64,000 bases of DNA from Candidatus Eiseniibacteriota bacterium. GTDB lineage: Bacteria > Eisenbacteria > RBG-16-71-46 > CAVPCR01. The DNA lies in NCBI GenBank assembly GCA_963823555.1, contig CAWGMA010000004.1:412974-476973 (forward strand). Direction: 5' to 3'. A program made the position numbers and the translations under genes. The notes beneath the pieces were generated by a model. The model was given only the letters and a program-made list of their open reading frames with translations, ran no database searches and had not been told where the DNA came from. Positions 19,201-28,590 of this stretch are shown one piece after another; within the stretch, counting starts at the first letter, position 1; each line of letters starts with the position of its first letter.

Positions 19201-19782
19201 GGCGTAGCTCGAGCGGACGATGACGCCGGCCGGTGTCGCCGGCGCTTCGGCATCCGGGGTGGCATCCCAGACCTCGATCGCGTTGAGCTGGATCAAGCCG
19301 AGGACCGGAGTCGCCGTGACGTTGAGCTGGCCGTCGTTCACCGTCACCGCAAACGGGTAGGTGACGGCATAGTGCCCGCCGGCCCTGGCATGGAGATCGA
19401 AGTCATCGAGGACGATCTGCCCTTCGATGGCCAGATCGAAGATGTTGATCCCCGGCCCATGCGTCGGTAGGTCGGCGAAGTCGAGGCGGACGATGTAGGT
19501 CCCGTTCGGAACATCGAAACGGTACTCGTTCCAGTTCTCACGCGTCTTCATGAAGATCTGGGGATCGGGTGTGCCGCCGATCGGTTGCCAGGTTGACTGG
19601 TCGAAACCGCCGATGAAGCCCGCTCCGTTCTGTGCCGTGTAGGCGATGTCCGGGGTGAACGTGTCCCCGCGCGAGCTCACGAACACAGTATTCAGCTCGC
19701 CGCAGTTGATCCGCTTCTCGTAGGCGGATGCCGCAGCCGGTTGCAGCGCCGTGGTGGCCAGGATCGCCAGCCACACAGCCAT
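16276..19782 (-). CDS. Secreted giant protein: malectin-like domain + CotH kinase-like domain + two lamin-tail domains (LTD) + FlgD-Ig-like/T9SS-type C-terminal domain
   Basis: Start at internal ATG (MAVWLAILATTALQPAAASA signal peptide). CotH-like 'YRITIDPGIWKLLNQNVNFDNYYPASFTYNGQVWNNVGVRYRGNTSRSVAKKSWKIKFNEF...LNLDSTHGERTLLREKLGSDFCELVGIPV'. LTDs 'FLNEIMADND...EYEDWIEFVNLGASPVSLAGHYLTDD' and 'VVNEFLADNV...EYDDWVEIYNNGTLPIPLLGFCLTDN'. C-terminus 'WDGSARLGGGGPATGSRSAVPSGIYFYRL'. Confidence 0.8.
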   Translation of the reverse strand: MAVWLAILATTALQPAAASAYEKRINCGELNTVFVSSRGDTFTPDIAYTAQNGAGFIGGFDQSTWQPIGGTPDPQIFMKTRENWNEYRFDVPNGTYIVRLDFADLPTHGPGINIFDLAIEGQIVLDDFDLHARAGGHYAVTYPFAVTVNDGQLNVTATPVLGLIQLNAIEVWDATPDAEAPATPAGVIVRSSYAGVLIDWQDNMEEDLAGYHVERAESVSGPWQRLTPNLARRSRHEDLTALPTHPPYHYRVIAADVWGNSSAASTPLTGEVLLDSATSLPTYRITIDPGIWKLLNQNVNFDNYYPASFTYNGQVWNNVGVRYRGNTSRSVAKKSWKIKFNEFIAGQEFLDGQTELNLDSTHGERTLLREKLGSDFCELVGIPVYNAKHAQLRVNGEFFGVYTAVENVDGRWLRENGFDTGGSLYEVEGGPGDECADLKPLAADSLYQIYYPKKTNESTGYGHLIQFIELINNTPASEIYNVLAPVFDIESFIEYYAAMIALSNDSFFCRNYYLYHDEFVTGRWTYLPDDLDTTFGHLGIYESNVNFNNPLDEGGLSNELIRRLINSPHVRRRVYERLLEMMEEDMAPARMDPVIDAAHVRMAGDARLDWRKWGWEDPTWTDGGAAEIKGYIPLRQDYVALRAPTPQYMPPQTFFLNEIMADNDSVLADEMGEYEDWIEFVNLGASPVSLAGHYLTDDIALPTKWAVPDTTVPPGGHILFWCDRDTLQGPTHTNFALEKTGEWVGLFGPDQDGNHPIDSKSFGGQVKDVSYGRYPDGGYNWTLMGTPTPWDANLPQGNLPPAISQVETIPATPGLNEPVLVTARILDDTGVAAASCFYGTGSTFTEVVMADDGTGGDPIAGDNIYTAQLPAQPAPIIVSYYIWAEDVDGRTYTDPRDAPLETHAYTVAYIPPEVVVNEFLADNVATNTDEFGEYDDWVEIYNNGTLPIPLLGFCLTDNFAIPNKYVFPDTTLAPGDFLLVWCDNDAWQGPFHANFRLSATGERVGLFADATASFAVIDTVTFGPQLPDISFGRLPDGESRPFLPLHPPTPGTPNAATGVEPTNAPAPAVLVLGPGRPNPTAGRTTIPFGLPARGHVRLVVYNAAGRAVAELVDTEMSPGFYEVSWDGSARLGGGGPATGSRSAVPSGIYFYRLDFAGEVRTGKIALLR

Positions 19783-20039
19783 GGGGCCGAGTCGGGGCCC
19801 CGAGCCGCAGGCGTGACCGGGCTTCGGGGACGGGGCTGATCGCGGTGATAACCGGGAGCAAGGCATCTAGAGTCCTCGGAATCGGCTGCCGATCGGCGAT
19901 GGAGCCAAATCACCCAGCACGCCCGTGGCGGCGACCTCTGGACGCCTGGGTATGTTGCCATCCTCACCTGCGCCGGGGTGGGCGCCCGGAGGCAGGATCG
20001 AAATCGATGCGGGCTCGAGGGGGACCTGGAATGACCCCT

Positions 20040-22040
20040 CTATTCTAGCTCATCGGCCTTGTTCCGCCTAGGGGCACCCACTGCCGGGCGGGGCTGTACG
20101 ATGCACGGCGTGTATTCCGGGTACATCCGAGCCAGGGCGCTGTCAGCGGCCGGGCCGCGGCTCAGGGCCACCACCCGTGGGCCATGGAAGTCCGGTGCGT
20201 TGAAGAAATAGGCGCTCGAGTAGTCCGGCCAGCGCGGCCCTTGAATGAAGGCCAGAGCGGGTGTCGGAGCCGCGGCAACCTGGCGCACGATATCGGGATC
20301 CACGCCGCGCAGGCCGCGGTACTCGATGGCGACCTTGAGCGGCAGGTAGAGAACGAGGGCGCAACCCATGGAGAAGGCGATGGCGGTGCGAACCCTTCTC
20401 GCCATGTTCTGATCCGGCCACGATCTTTCGAGCCATGTGGCCAGCGCCTCGGCCCCGCGCCACGTGAAGATCATGAACCCCGGGATCAATCCCGCCAGGA
20501 AGCGCGGGCCGAGGACGACCCCGTGGTACCAGTAGAGAGCGTAGAGCCCGAGCACGAACGCCGCATGAAGGAGCAGGAGCTCCTCGAGGCGGGTCTTCTT
20601 CACGGCAAACAGGAACAGGAGCGGGAGCATCAGCGAGCCCGCGGGCCATCCACCGAGGTGGCGGTTCAGCTGCTCGAGATTCAGACACAGATTCCACAGG
20701 GCTTCGATCGGGGTGTGCCCGGGGAGGGATGAATCCCAGGTGAGACCGCGGTCGGGACCGAACCCGAGCTGGTTGGCGCCCGGGAGGAAGTGGGTATCGA
20801 AGTAGCGGTTTACCGGCGGGACCAGCGGAGAGCCAGTGATGCGCGCCTGATCGGCGAGGAGGAGGAGGGCGCCCGCGGCCAGTCCGGCGCCGAGGATCAG
20901 GACCGCCCGCCCGCCGCGCCGTGCGGCGAGGACTGCTGACAGGCAGGCCAGAGCGAATGCCGCCGCCTCGATGGGGCGGGTGAGAACGAGAAGGGTGGCG
21001 GCCAGGATCAAGGCCAGGGCCAGGCTCAGGGAGGAGCCACGGCCTCGGGGCCCACCCGAGAGGGGGGCCGAGGCCATGCCGGAGAGCGAGGCAAAGCTCA
21101 CGAGAGCGATCACCGTCCAGAGGAGCGCGGCGACATGCGCCATCAGGCTCCCGGCCAGGACCAGGAGGAAGGGACTCGTGGCGGCCAGCCAGGCGGGAAG
21201 GAGCGGCGAGATGAGCCTGCCACTCATCTCCGGGAGACCGGCGGGCTCTCCGGCTCGGCCAAGCCGGGCCAGCCGAGCCGTATAGAGAACGATGAGTGCG
21301 GCTGCGATCGCGTTCACGATGCCCGGGAACCCGAGGCGCACCCCGAGGGCCAGGAGGAACGGCCATCCTGGCGGGAAGACCCCGTAGGTCCGGCTGGTCT
21401 CGATCTCGATCCACTCCGGAGCGGGGAAGGCCGCGGCCAGCGGCGGCGGCTCAGCGAACCGGCGCCCCGCCGCGAAGACCCGGGCATCGAAGAGATAGGC
21501 GACCTCATCCGGGATGTGGGGAGCCCATCCGAAGGCGAATGCTGCCATCGCGAGAGCTCCGCCCGCGGTCAGGGCGGCAGCGAGGACGAGAGCCAGAGGC
21601 GCTGCCAGGCGGCGCGCCGGGCCTTCGCGGGCGGGAGCGAGGTGCGCGGCCGCGAACACGGTGAGGATCGCTCCCGCGAGGGGGGCGAGCAGGCTCGCGG
21701 CCACACGGTAGAACTCGGTCTGGTTCAGGTGATCGACCGGTACCGGGTGCACGGCGGCGAAGATCCAGACCAGCGCAGCGGCCGAGACCGTGATCGGCCG
21801 TCTCGAGTAGATATCTGCGATTAGGCGCTGTTTATTGCGATCGCCAAGAAGGCGACCCAGACCAAGGACAACGGTGGCGGCCAGGAGAGCCAGCGTGACG
21901 AGAGCCAGGGCGGCGCCCCAGGGCCGGGAGAAGGGAACGAGCGCCGGCAGGTCCGGTGCCGAGACCACGGCGGCCAAGGCGACGAGGAAGACCACGGCGC
22001 GGCCCGTGGTGGCGAGGTGTGTGGCGGCGGCATGACGCAT
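20040..22040 (-). CDS. Large polytopic membrane protein (about 13 or more TM helices), possibly a GT-C-fold glycosyltransferase
   Basis: Start at internal ATG (MRHAAATHLATTGRAVVFLVALAAVV); upstream codons are low complexity. Many hydrophobic helices; periplasmic loops 'FDARVFAAGRRFAEPPP'; soluble C-terminal ~120 aa. The family assignment is inference only. Confidence 0.6.
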   Translation of the reverse strand: MRHAAATHLATTGRAVVFLVALAAVVSAPDLPALVPFSRPWGAALALVTLALLAATVVLGLGRLLGDRNKQRLIADIYSRRPITVSAAALVWIFAAVHPVPVDHLNQTEFYRVAASLLAPLAGAILTVFAAAHLAPAREGPARRLAAPLALVLAAALTAGGALAMAAFAFGWAPHIPDEVAYLFDARVFAAGRRFAEPPPLAAAFPAPEWIEIETSRTYGVFPPGWPFLLALGVRLGFPGIVNAIAAALIVLYTARLARLGRAGEPAGLPEMSGRLISPLLPAWLAATSPFLLVLAGSLMAHVAALLWTVIALVSFASLSGMASAPLSGGPRGRGSSLSLALALILAATLLVLTRPIEAAAFALACLSAVLAARRGGRAVLILGAGLAAGALLLLADQARITGSPLVPPVNRYFDTHFLPGANQLGFGPDRGLTWDSSLPGHTPIEALWNLCLNLEQLNRHLGGWPAGSLMLPLLFLFAVKKTRLEELLLLHAAFVLGLYALYWYHGVVLGPRFLAGLIPGFMIFTWRGAEALATWLERSWPDQNMARRVRTAIAFSMGCALVLYLPLKVAIEYRGLRGVDPDIVRQVAAAPTPALAFIQGPRWPDYSSAYFFNAPDFHGPRVVALSRGPAADSALARMYPEYTPCIVQPRPAVGAPRRNKADELE

Positions 22041-22249
22041 GGTTTCGGTTGGTGGCGGCTGGCAAACGGCCGCCAGGATCCGCTTCCTCCTTCTGACCCG
22101 GCCCGATTCCGGATCGGAGGTCTGCTCCACGCTCGCGGGTCCGGCGGCGGGCGCGCCCGCTATACTGGCAGAGGACCCCGCCCCCCGGACCCACAGCGCC
22201 CGACACCTTAGCGGCATATCGCCCCTGCGGCCAGACGGAGTTCGGCATC

Positions 22250-23305
22250 ATGCTCCGCAGCCCGTTGATGGTGGTCCCATCCCCCCCAGCCGCCGGAAGG
22301 TGCAGAGCCCCCTGGCTCGTGTTCGCTCTGATCGTTCTCATCCCCCTCGCGTCGGAGCCCGCCCTTGCCGGAGAGCACCTGGTTTCCGACCCGGAAAGCC
22401 CGGGTGGGGGAGGATCCCGCGCGGTGCACGAACCGGGAACGGGAGGTGGCGGCGAGCGGGGAGCCGAGGAACGCATTCTCTCCGCAGTCAATACGCCGGT
22501 ACCGGGCCGGAGTCGGCTCGAGCGCTTGACCACCACAGTTCCTCCCGATGAGCTGACCTTCGGTATCGAGCGGGCTCTCGATCCCGGAGTGGTCAAGCGT
22601 TTCGGAGGTCCCGGGCTCGATCTCGAGGCCCTGCAGGCCGCGGTCAACCATGACCTCCGGAACGGGGGGCACCCGCACCTGACGCTGGTCATGGGCCTCG
22701 CCGTGCACGCCGGACTGAACCAGCTCCAGCGCTTGCCGCTCCCCGCTGTTCGTCTCGGTCCCGTGGGAGCGGGGTACGGTGTCGCCACCCGCTTGCCGCA
22801 GGCAACGGCTGGGTTCTATCTGGCTCCGGCCGCAAGCCCGGGCGGGCCGATGGCTCGCGGCGTGAGCATGAAGATCCGGGGGCCGGCCGTGCCGTTGCCG
22901 GCGGGACGCAACGAGGCCAGCAGGGTGGAGTTCGCCCTGACCGGGGAGCAGCGTCCGGATCCGATCCTTCCGGGCGAGTCGGCGAGCCTCAGGTTTACGC
23001 TACCGGTCCACCTCTCGGGGTGCCGGGTCGGCCTCAGCGGAGCGGCAACCCGGATCCGCTCCGGCGAGGTGCGGACTCACATCCTGGGACTGGGGCCCGC
23101 GGTCGCGGGCGGGCGCTTCACGTTCCAGGGTGAGCTTCGGCTGGTCGACCGGGGAGGGACCCGGTATCTGGATCTCAGTCTGCGCGCAGCGCGTCCGCCG
23201 TTCACGGTCGCGCTGCGCTGCTATCAGGATCCCGATCACGAATTGCCGCCGTCCTGCGACATTCGCTTCCAGGTGGCCAACGCCCTGCCGCGCCTCGGCC
23301 CGTGA
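22250..23305 (+). CDS. Hypothetical secreted protein (351 aa)
   Basis: Signal peptide 'WLVFALIVLIPLASEPALA'. GC3-rich codon usage. The competing minus-strand ORFs (21832..22788, 22208..22708) are Arg/Pro/Ser-rich shadows. No recognisable domain. Confidence 0.45.
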   Translation: MLRSPLMVVPSPPAAGRCRAPWLVFALIVLIPLASEPALAGEHLVSDPESPGGGGSRAVHEPGTGGGGERGAEERILSAVNTPVPGRSRLERLTTTVPPDELTFGIERALDPGVVKRFGGPGLDLEALQAAVNHDLRNGGHPHLTLVMGLAVHAGLNQLQRLPLPAVRLGPVGAGYGVATRLPQATAGFYLAPAASPGGPMARGVSMKIRGPAVPLPAGRNEASRVEFALTGEQRPDPILPGESASLRFTLPVHLSGCRVGLSGAATRIRSGEVRTHILGLGPAVAGGRFTFQGELRLVDRGGTRYLDLSLRAARPPFTVALRCYQDPDHELPPSCDIRFQVANALPRLGP

Positions 23306-23411
23306 TCGGGTATTCTGCCCCGCGGCCCGGGTTGGGCCGGCCGCGGCATGGCGACCCTCGGGTCAGGACAGGATGCGACATCGTGTCACAACGCGAATGA
23401 GTGAATAGGCA

Positions 23412-24101
23412 ATGACCCGCCTCTATCTCGTGCGACATGGCAAGACAGCGGCGAACGAGTCGAGACGCGTGATGGGCCACGAGCCCGAGCCCCTGAGTGT
23501 CGCCGGACGGGAGGATGTGCGAGCGCTGGCCGGCTGGCTGTCGAATCAGGGTCCCTTCGCTGCGCTCGTCTCGAGCGAGATGGAGCGCGCGCGGGAAACC
23601 GCGGAGATCATCGCCGCCGTTCTCGGTCGCGAGTACGCCACCGAACCCGGCCTCAACGAGCCCGCGTTCGATGGCTGGATCGGGAAATCCGTGGAGCAGC
23701 TGGCGCGGGAGGACGCACGCTTCAAGCGCTATCTAGCAGATCCCACCGAGGTGCCCATCGAGGGCGAGCTCACCCTGCGTTCGCTCGTGGCGCGGGCCGT
23801 GCGCGCCATCCACCACCTGGCCCTGGCGCATCCGGGCGAGCCGATCCTGGCTGTGTCGCACGGCGACATCATCCGCGGCGTCATCGCTTCCTACATGGGG
23901 ATCGCTCTCGAGAGGATATTCAGGCTGTGGATCGACACCGCCTCGGTGTCGGTGCTCGAGGTCGACTCCGGAGGCTCGGGCCGCCTTCGCCTCCTCAACT
24001 GGGTCCCGGCGGCGCCGGACCTCCGGCTACAGAGTCCGGGCGCCGAGTTCCGGACTGCCGTCGAGCCCGAGGCGCCCCTGCCGGCCCCGTCGAGCGACTA
24101 G
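23412..24101 (+). CDS. Histidine phosphatase family protein (phosphoglycerate-mutase-like)
   Basis: 'LYLVRHGKTAANE' RHG catalytic motif, 'VSSEMERARETAEI', 'AVSHGDIIRGV'. Confidence 0.85.
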   Translation: MTRLYLVRHGKTAANESRRVMGHEPEPLSVAGREDVRALAGWLSNQGPFAALVSSEMERARETAEIIAAVLGREYATEPGLNEPAFDGWIGKSVEQLAREDARFKRYLADPTEVPIEGELTLRSLVARAVRAIHHLALAHPGEPILAVSHGDIIRGVIASYMGIALERIFRLWIDTASVSVLEVDSGGSGRLRLLNWVPAAPDLRLQSPGAEFRTAVEPEAPLPAPSSD

Positions 24102-24128
24102 AGAGAGCGTCCGGGAGCCAGCGCTGGC

Positions 24129-25316
24129 TCATGCGGCTTCGAGGGCCTGACCGAGATCGGCGATCAGATCGGTTTCGTTCTCGATGCCCACGGACAGCCG
24201 GACCAGCCCGTCGGTGATACCGCCGGCGAGGCGCACCTCACGCGGGATCGGGGCGTGCGTGGTCGAGGCGGCATGCGTCACCAGGCTCTCGACACCCCCG
24301 AGGCTCACTGCCAGTTTCACCATCTCGACCGCCTCGACGAAGCGCCGTCCCGCTTCCAGGCCGCCCCGCAGTTCGAACGAGACCATGCCCCCGAACCCCG
24401 TCATGAGGCGTCGCGCGAGCGCGTGCTGCGGGTGATCCTCGAGCCCGGGATAGTGGACGCGCTCGACCTTGGAATGCCCCGCGAGGTAACGGGCGACGGC
24501 GAGGCCGTTGCGATTGTGACGCTCCATGCGCGCCGGGAAGGTGCGCAGGCCGCGCAGGAGGAGCCAGGCATCGAACGGCGAGGGCACGGGACCGAGGATC
24601 TTCTGCTGATACCAGATTGCCTCGATGAGCGCGCGCGAGGCGACGACGGCGCCGCCGATCACGTCGGCGTGCCCGTTCAGGTACTTGGTCACGCTGTGCA
24701 AGACAACGTCGAAGCCGTGCTCGATGGGGCGCACGTTCATCGGGGTGGCGAAGGTGTTGTCGATGAGAGAGAGGATCCCGGCATCGCGGGCGATCGCGGC
24801 CAGACTGTCCAGATCGGCCACCTTCAGCGTCGGATTGGTGACGGTCTCGATGTAGAGAAAGCGCGTGCGACCTGGACGGATCGCCGCCTTCACCGCCGCG
24901 GCATGGGTCTGGTCGACGAAGGTCGTTTCGACGCCGAAGCGCGGCAGGAGCTCGCGGAAGAACTCCGTGGTCCCCGCGTAGAGCGAGTGTCCGGCGACCA
25001 CATGGTCGCCGGACTTGAGAAGGCTCAGCATGGTCGTTGTGATCGCCCCCATGCCGGAGCTCATGCAGAGGGCGGCCTCGCCGCCTTCCAGGCTCGCGAG
25101 CACGGCCTCGGCCTGCTTGGTCGTCGGGTTTCCCCACCGTGTATAGAGCTCGGCTGGCGCGATGGCGGCCGTGATCTCCGCCCCTCGCGCGGCTGTTCCG
25201 AGCTCGAACGTCGAGCTCTGGACGATCGGAGGCACGACGGAAGGGAGCGGATTCAGATCGTCCCCCGCATGAATCGCCCGTGTGTCGAGATGCAGCTCGC
25301 GCGAATGATATTTCAT
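24129..25316 (-). CDS. Cys/Met-metabolism PLP-dependent enzyme (cystathionine gamma-synthase / beta-lyase / O-acylhomoserine sulfhydrylase family)
   Basis: 'ALCMSSGMGAITT', 'HSVTKYLNGHADVIGG' (PLP-Lys), 'PFDAWLLLRGLRT'. Typical trans-sulfuration fold. Confidence 0.85.
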   Translation of the reverse strand: MKYHSRELHLDTRAIHAGDDLNPLPSVVPPIVQSSTFELGTAARGAEITAAIAPAELYTRWGNPTTKQAEAVLASLEGGEAALCMSSGMGAITTTMLSLLKSGDHVVAGHSLYAGTTEFFRELLPRFGVETTFVDQTHAAAVKAAIRPGRTRFLYIETVTNPTLKVADLDSLAAIARDAGILSLIDNTFATPMNVRPIEHGFDVVLHSVTKYLNGHADVIGGAVVASRALIEAIWYQQKILGPVPSPFDAWLLLRGLRTFPARMERHNRNGLAVARYLAGHSKVERVHYPGLEDHPQHALARRLMTGFGGMVSFELRGGLEAGRRFVEAVEMVKLAVSLGGVESLVTHAASTTHAPIPREVRLAGGITDGLVRLSVGIENETDLIADLGQALEAA

Positions 25317-25371
25317 CGAAGCTCCAGTCTGAACCCATTGGGATGGGCTCTGGTCCTACCCGTTGCCGACG

Positions 25372-26166
25372 CTAGTTCAGTTGCGCCGAGGCTTCCCCGT
25401 GCAACAGCCGAAGCAAGTTCATCGCTCCGATCACGACCGCCATGCCGAGAACGAAGACGGCGAACGCCTGCTCGAGGCGGCGAGCCGGCAAGTGCCGCGC
25501 GAGCCGCAGTCCCCCGGCCATGCCGAGAATCGCCATCGCGACGTAGACTGCCGCCTGGGTCCACAGCACCGGTTCCCCGCGCGAGTGACCCCACAGGCCC
25601 GCCGCGGAGTTGATGACGATCACAGCCAGCGAGGTCCCGGTCGCCCGCTTCATGTCGAGACCGCCGGCCAGAGTGAGCGCGGGAACGATGAGGAACCCAC
25701 CCCCCACGCCGAGGAATCCGGTGAGCACGCCGATGCCGAGCCCGATCGGGAGCAGGCGCAGCAGCGAGTGACTCGGAGGGTGAACACGCTCGCCTCCGGG
25801 CTGCGGAGTCGCCCTCGGTGCGTTCGCCCGTTGGCTCCGTCGCCACATGGCGACCCCGGCCACCGCCATGACGGCGGCAAAGAACAAGAGCAGGACCTCG
25901 TTCGGCACGCGGGGGGAGAGGGCGGCTCCCAGGTGCGCCCCCGGGATGCCGCCGGCGCCGATCGAGAGCGCCGCCCGGGTGGCCACCCTGCCTTGCCTCG
26001 CGCTCAACACAGCTCCGAAGAGGCTGGCTGTGCCGACGATGGCCAGGGAGAGGGGTACGGCCTCGTGCGCATCCATGCCCGCGAAATGGACGAGCAATGG
26101 AAGCGTCAAGATGCCGCCACCGGCTCCCAGGAGGCCCAGGCAGAGGCCGACGAGAACGAAGAGCAA
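25372..26166 (-). CDS. TauE/SafE (DUF81) family sulfite/anion exporter membrane protein
   Basis: Two repeats each with 'GxGGG' ('GAGGGILTLPLLV', 'GVGGGFLIVPALTL'). About 8 TM helices. Confidence 0.8.
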   Translation of the reverse strand: MLFVLVGLCLGLLGAGGGILTLPLLVHFAGMDAHEAVPLSLAIVGTASLFGAVLSARQGRVATRAALSIGAGGIPGAHLGAALSPRVPNEVLLLFFAAVMAVAGVAMWRRSQRANAPRATPQPGGERVHPPSHSLLRLLPIGLGIGVLTGFLGVGGGFLIVPALTLAGGLDMKRATGTSLAVIVINSAAGLWGHSRGEPVLWTQAAVYVAMAILGMAGGLRLARHLPARRLEQAFAVFVLGMAVVIGAMNLLRLLHGEASAQLN

Positions 26167-26207
26167 GAGGACGATCAGGTTGTGGCTCCTTCACCAGCCG
26201 GGGCCGG

Positions 26208-28349
26208 CTACTTGAGCATGGCCATGCGCCGGGTGATCGTCTCCCCGTTGGCGTTGAGGCGGTACAGATAGATGCCCGAGGGAGCCTGCGAGCCGTTGGC
26301 GTCCCGGCCATCCCAGACCACATCGTGCTGGCCCGCGGGCAGCGTCCCGTTGACGAGCGGCCGCACCAGACGACCGCTCACATCGAAGACGGCGAGCGAG
26401 ACCTCTTGATCGGTAGGCAGCGCAAAACCGATCGAGGTCGATGGGTTGAAGGGATTCGGCTGGTTCTGGGCCAACTCCACGCGGACCGGGACCGGTCCAG
26501 TTGCTTGATCGCCCACCGCCGCCGTGGCCGGCGTCATCGCCACGTCGAGGATGGTGACGGTCGCCGCGGCAATGGTGACCTGGGCCTGCTCCTCGAGGTA
26601 GTCGGGGTGCGTGAAGCGGAGCGTGTAGGTCTCGACCGGCAGGGAGAGCGAGTACTGGCCTCCCGGGTTGGTCGTTGTCGTCTCGGTGCCGCCGACCACC
26701 TCGATCAGCACTCCCTCGATCGTGGTCTCGGTCGTCATGTCGAACACGGTGCCGGTGACGGTCCCGACGCTGCTCATGCCGAGGGCGGCCTGCACCGCCT
26801 CGTAGCAATCGAGCTTGCCGGCGCCGTAGACATTGTCCTTGCCCGCCGGGCCGAGGTCGCCTGCCGTCGTTTGCAGGATCATCTCCATCTGCTCGGGGGT
26901 CAGGTTCGGATTGGCCTGAACGACGAGGGCCATGCCGCCGGCCACATGCGGCGTGGCCGCCGAGGTTCCGCTGAACGACATGTAGCCCGAGCCCAGGGCG
27001 GTCGTGCGCGTGTTGGGGCCGGGGGCGATGACGTCCGGCTTCAGGAGCCCGGGCTGGCCGCCCCACCACGGGTAGTCCTGGTACTCCGGCAGCATCGTGT
27101 AGGGGTAGATGGGCCAGTGGGCGTTGATATCCTCCCAGGCGAACGGACCGACCGATGAGTAAGCGGCGATCACGTTGTTCTGGTCGACAGCGCCGCAGGC
27201 GGTGATGGCGCTCACACCGGCTTGCACCTGATCCGGATGCCGCCAGGGAGAGGGACAGCAACCCGGGGCGGCGATGTTGAAGGGAATGGGGTCGGTATTC
27301 TGATTGTCGCCCTCGTTGCCGATCGAGTTGGCGTGATGGATGCCGGTGAGAAGCTCGTTGTCGGTGTTGGTGCGCCACCACTCGTAGTTCGGTTTCGGGC
27401 TGAAGCGCCACTTCTCCGAGTTGCTGCAGGAGATGACATCGGCGCCGTTGTCGATCGCGTACTCGAAGCTCTGGACCATCTGGCCGAAGGTGCCGAAGCG
27501 GCAGGACATGAGGAGCGCGCGCGGCGCGACCCCGGTGTTGGTTCCTGCCGCGCCGTCCCCGGCGACGATGCCGGCGCAGCCGGTGCCGTGGCTGATGCCC
27601 GGGGAGGGATTGTTGTTGTTGTTCTGGAAGTTCCAGCCCCAGGTATCGTCGATGAAGCCGTTCTGATCGTCATCGATACCGTTCGCCGGGATCTCGTCCG
27701 TGTTGTTCCAGATGTGCGTGGTGAGATCGGTGTGATTCCGATCGATGCCCGAATCGACGACGCAGACCGTCACTCCCTCGCCCTGATAGCCCAGGGCCCA
27801 GGTCTCGGGAGCGCGCACGTAGTCGAGCTGCCACCAGATCTGCGCTTCCTGGTCCGAGGTGGATACGGGTTCGGCCGGCTCGGTCAGATCCTGGAGCTCC
27901 TCGGCAGGGATCTCGGGGTCCCAGTAGACCGTATGGATCTCATCGAAGGCGAGAAGGCCATCGATGGTGGCCGGGGTCATGTGGGCGAGGATGCCGTTCG
28001 AGAGCCAGAGGGGCTCTACTCGGGCCGCCTGGTCCTGGGCCTCGGCGGCGCGCAGGAACCCCCGGAGGCGTCCCTGACTCGCGTCTGCCAGGTGCTTGAG
28101 TTCACCCACGGCGAAGGCACGGCGCTCGGCGCGCCCGAGTCGCTGGGCGATGGGTAGCAAGGTCTCGACGTCGGCCTGATCATCCATGACGATGAGGACA
28201 GGGATGAGCTCCTCGGCGCTGGCGAGACGGCGAACGACCTCGAGCTCGGGATCGATCGCGACGCCGGGGGTCGCCTGGGCCGCTCCGACCACCAGGCCGG
28301 CGGCGAGCAGGGCGACCGCGAGGGACGCTCGGTAAGGCATCTTCCGCAT
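26208..28349 (-). CDS. Secreted subtilisin-like serine peptidase (S8 family) with FlgD-Ig-like/T9SS-type C-terminal domain
   Basis: Catalytic triad contexts 'VCVVDSGIDRNHTDL' (Asp), 'HGTGCAGIVAG' (His), 'GTSAATPHVAGGMALV' (Ser). Start at internal ATG (MRKMPYRASLAVALLAAGLVVGAAQA; GGAGG upstream). C-terminus 'NPFNPSTSIGFALPTDQEVSLAVFDVSGRLVRPL...WDGRDANGSQAPSGIYLYRL'. Confidence 0.85.
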   Translation of the reverse strand: MRKMPYRASLAVALLAAGLVVGAAQATPGVAIDPELEVVRRLASAEELIPVLIVMDDQADVETLLPIAQRLGRAERRAFAVGELKHLADASQGRLRGFLRAAEAQDQAARVEPLWLSNGILAHMTPATIDGLLAFDEIHTVYWDPEIPAEELQDLTEPAEPVSTSDQEAQIWWQLDYVRAPETWALGYQGEGVTVCVVDSGIDRNHTDLTTHIWNNTDEIPANGIDDDQNGFIDDTWGWNFQNNNNNPSPGISHGTGCAGIVAGDGAAGTNTGVAPRALLMSCRFGTFGQMVQSFEYAIDNGADVISCSNSEKWRFSPKPNYEWWRTNTDNELLTGIHHANSIGNEGDNQNTDPIPFNIAAPGCCPSPWRHPDQVQAGVSAITACGAVDQNNVIAAYSSVGPFAWEDINAHWPIYPYTMLPEYQDYPWWGGQPGLLKPDVIAPGPNTRTTALGSGYMSFSGTSAATPHVAGGMALVVQANPNLTPEQMEMILQTTAGDLGPAGKDNVYGAGKLDCYEAVQAALGMSSVGTVTGTVFDMTTETTIEGVLIEVVGGTETTTTNPGGQYSLSLPVETYTLRFTHPDYLEEQAQVTIAAATVTILDVAMTPATAAVGDQATGPVPVRVELAQNQPNPFNPSTSIGFALPTDQEVSLAVFDVSGRLVRPLVNGTLPAGQHDVVWDGRDANGSQAPSGIYLYRLNANGETITRRMAMLK

Positions 28350-28590
28350 GGGCTTGAGTCCTCCAGGAAGGCGAGTCGAAGAGTGTGGCATTCGGCGGTT
28401 CCGGGCGGAGGGAGGTCGCCCTGCCAGCGCAGGACCAGCTGATCCCATTGCCTGACGCTGGATAGCGAGGCAGGATCCACGGTCGATAGGCCATTATATC
28501 AGGAAACTCAAACGCCCATGGTAGGCGTTGGCGGGGTCCGGGGCATCGCGAGGCGCGAGGGGGAGTTACCTCGGCTGTTCGGGAGGGTTG

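Noticed and set aside
16371-19470. Multiple long ORFs on both strands inside the CotH-LTD giant gene (for example 16807..18084 +, 17300..18481 -, 18172..19470 +)
   Set aside because: All are alternate-frame or antisense ORFs of a gene whose main frame carries CotH, LTD and the CTD domains end to end. Their composition is Arg/Gly/Pro dominated.
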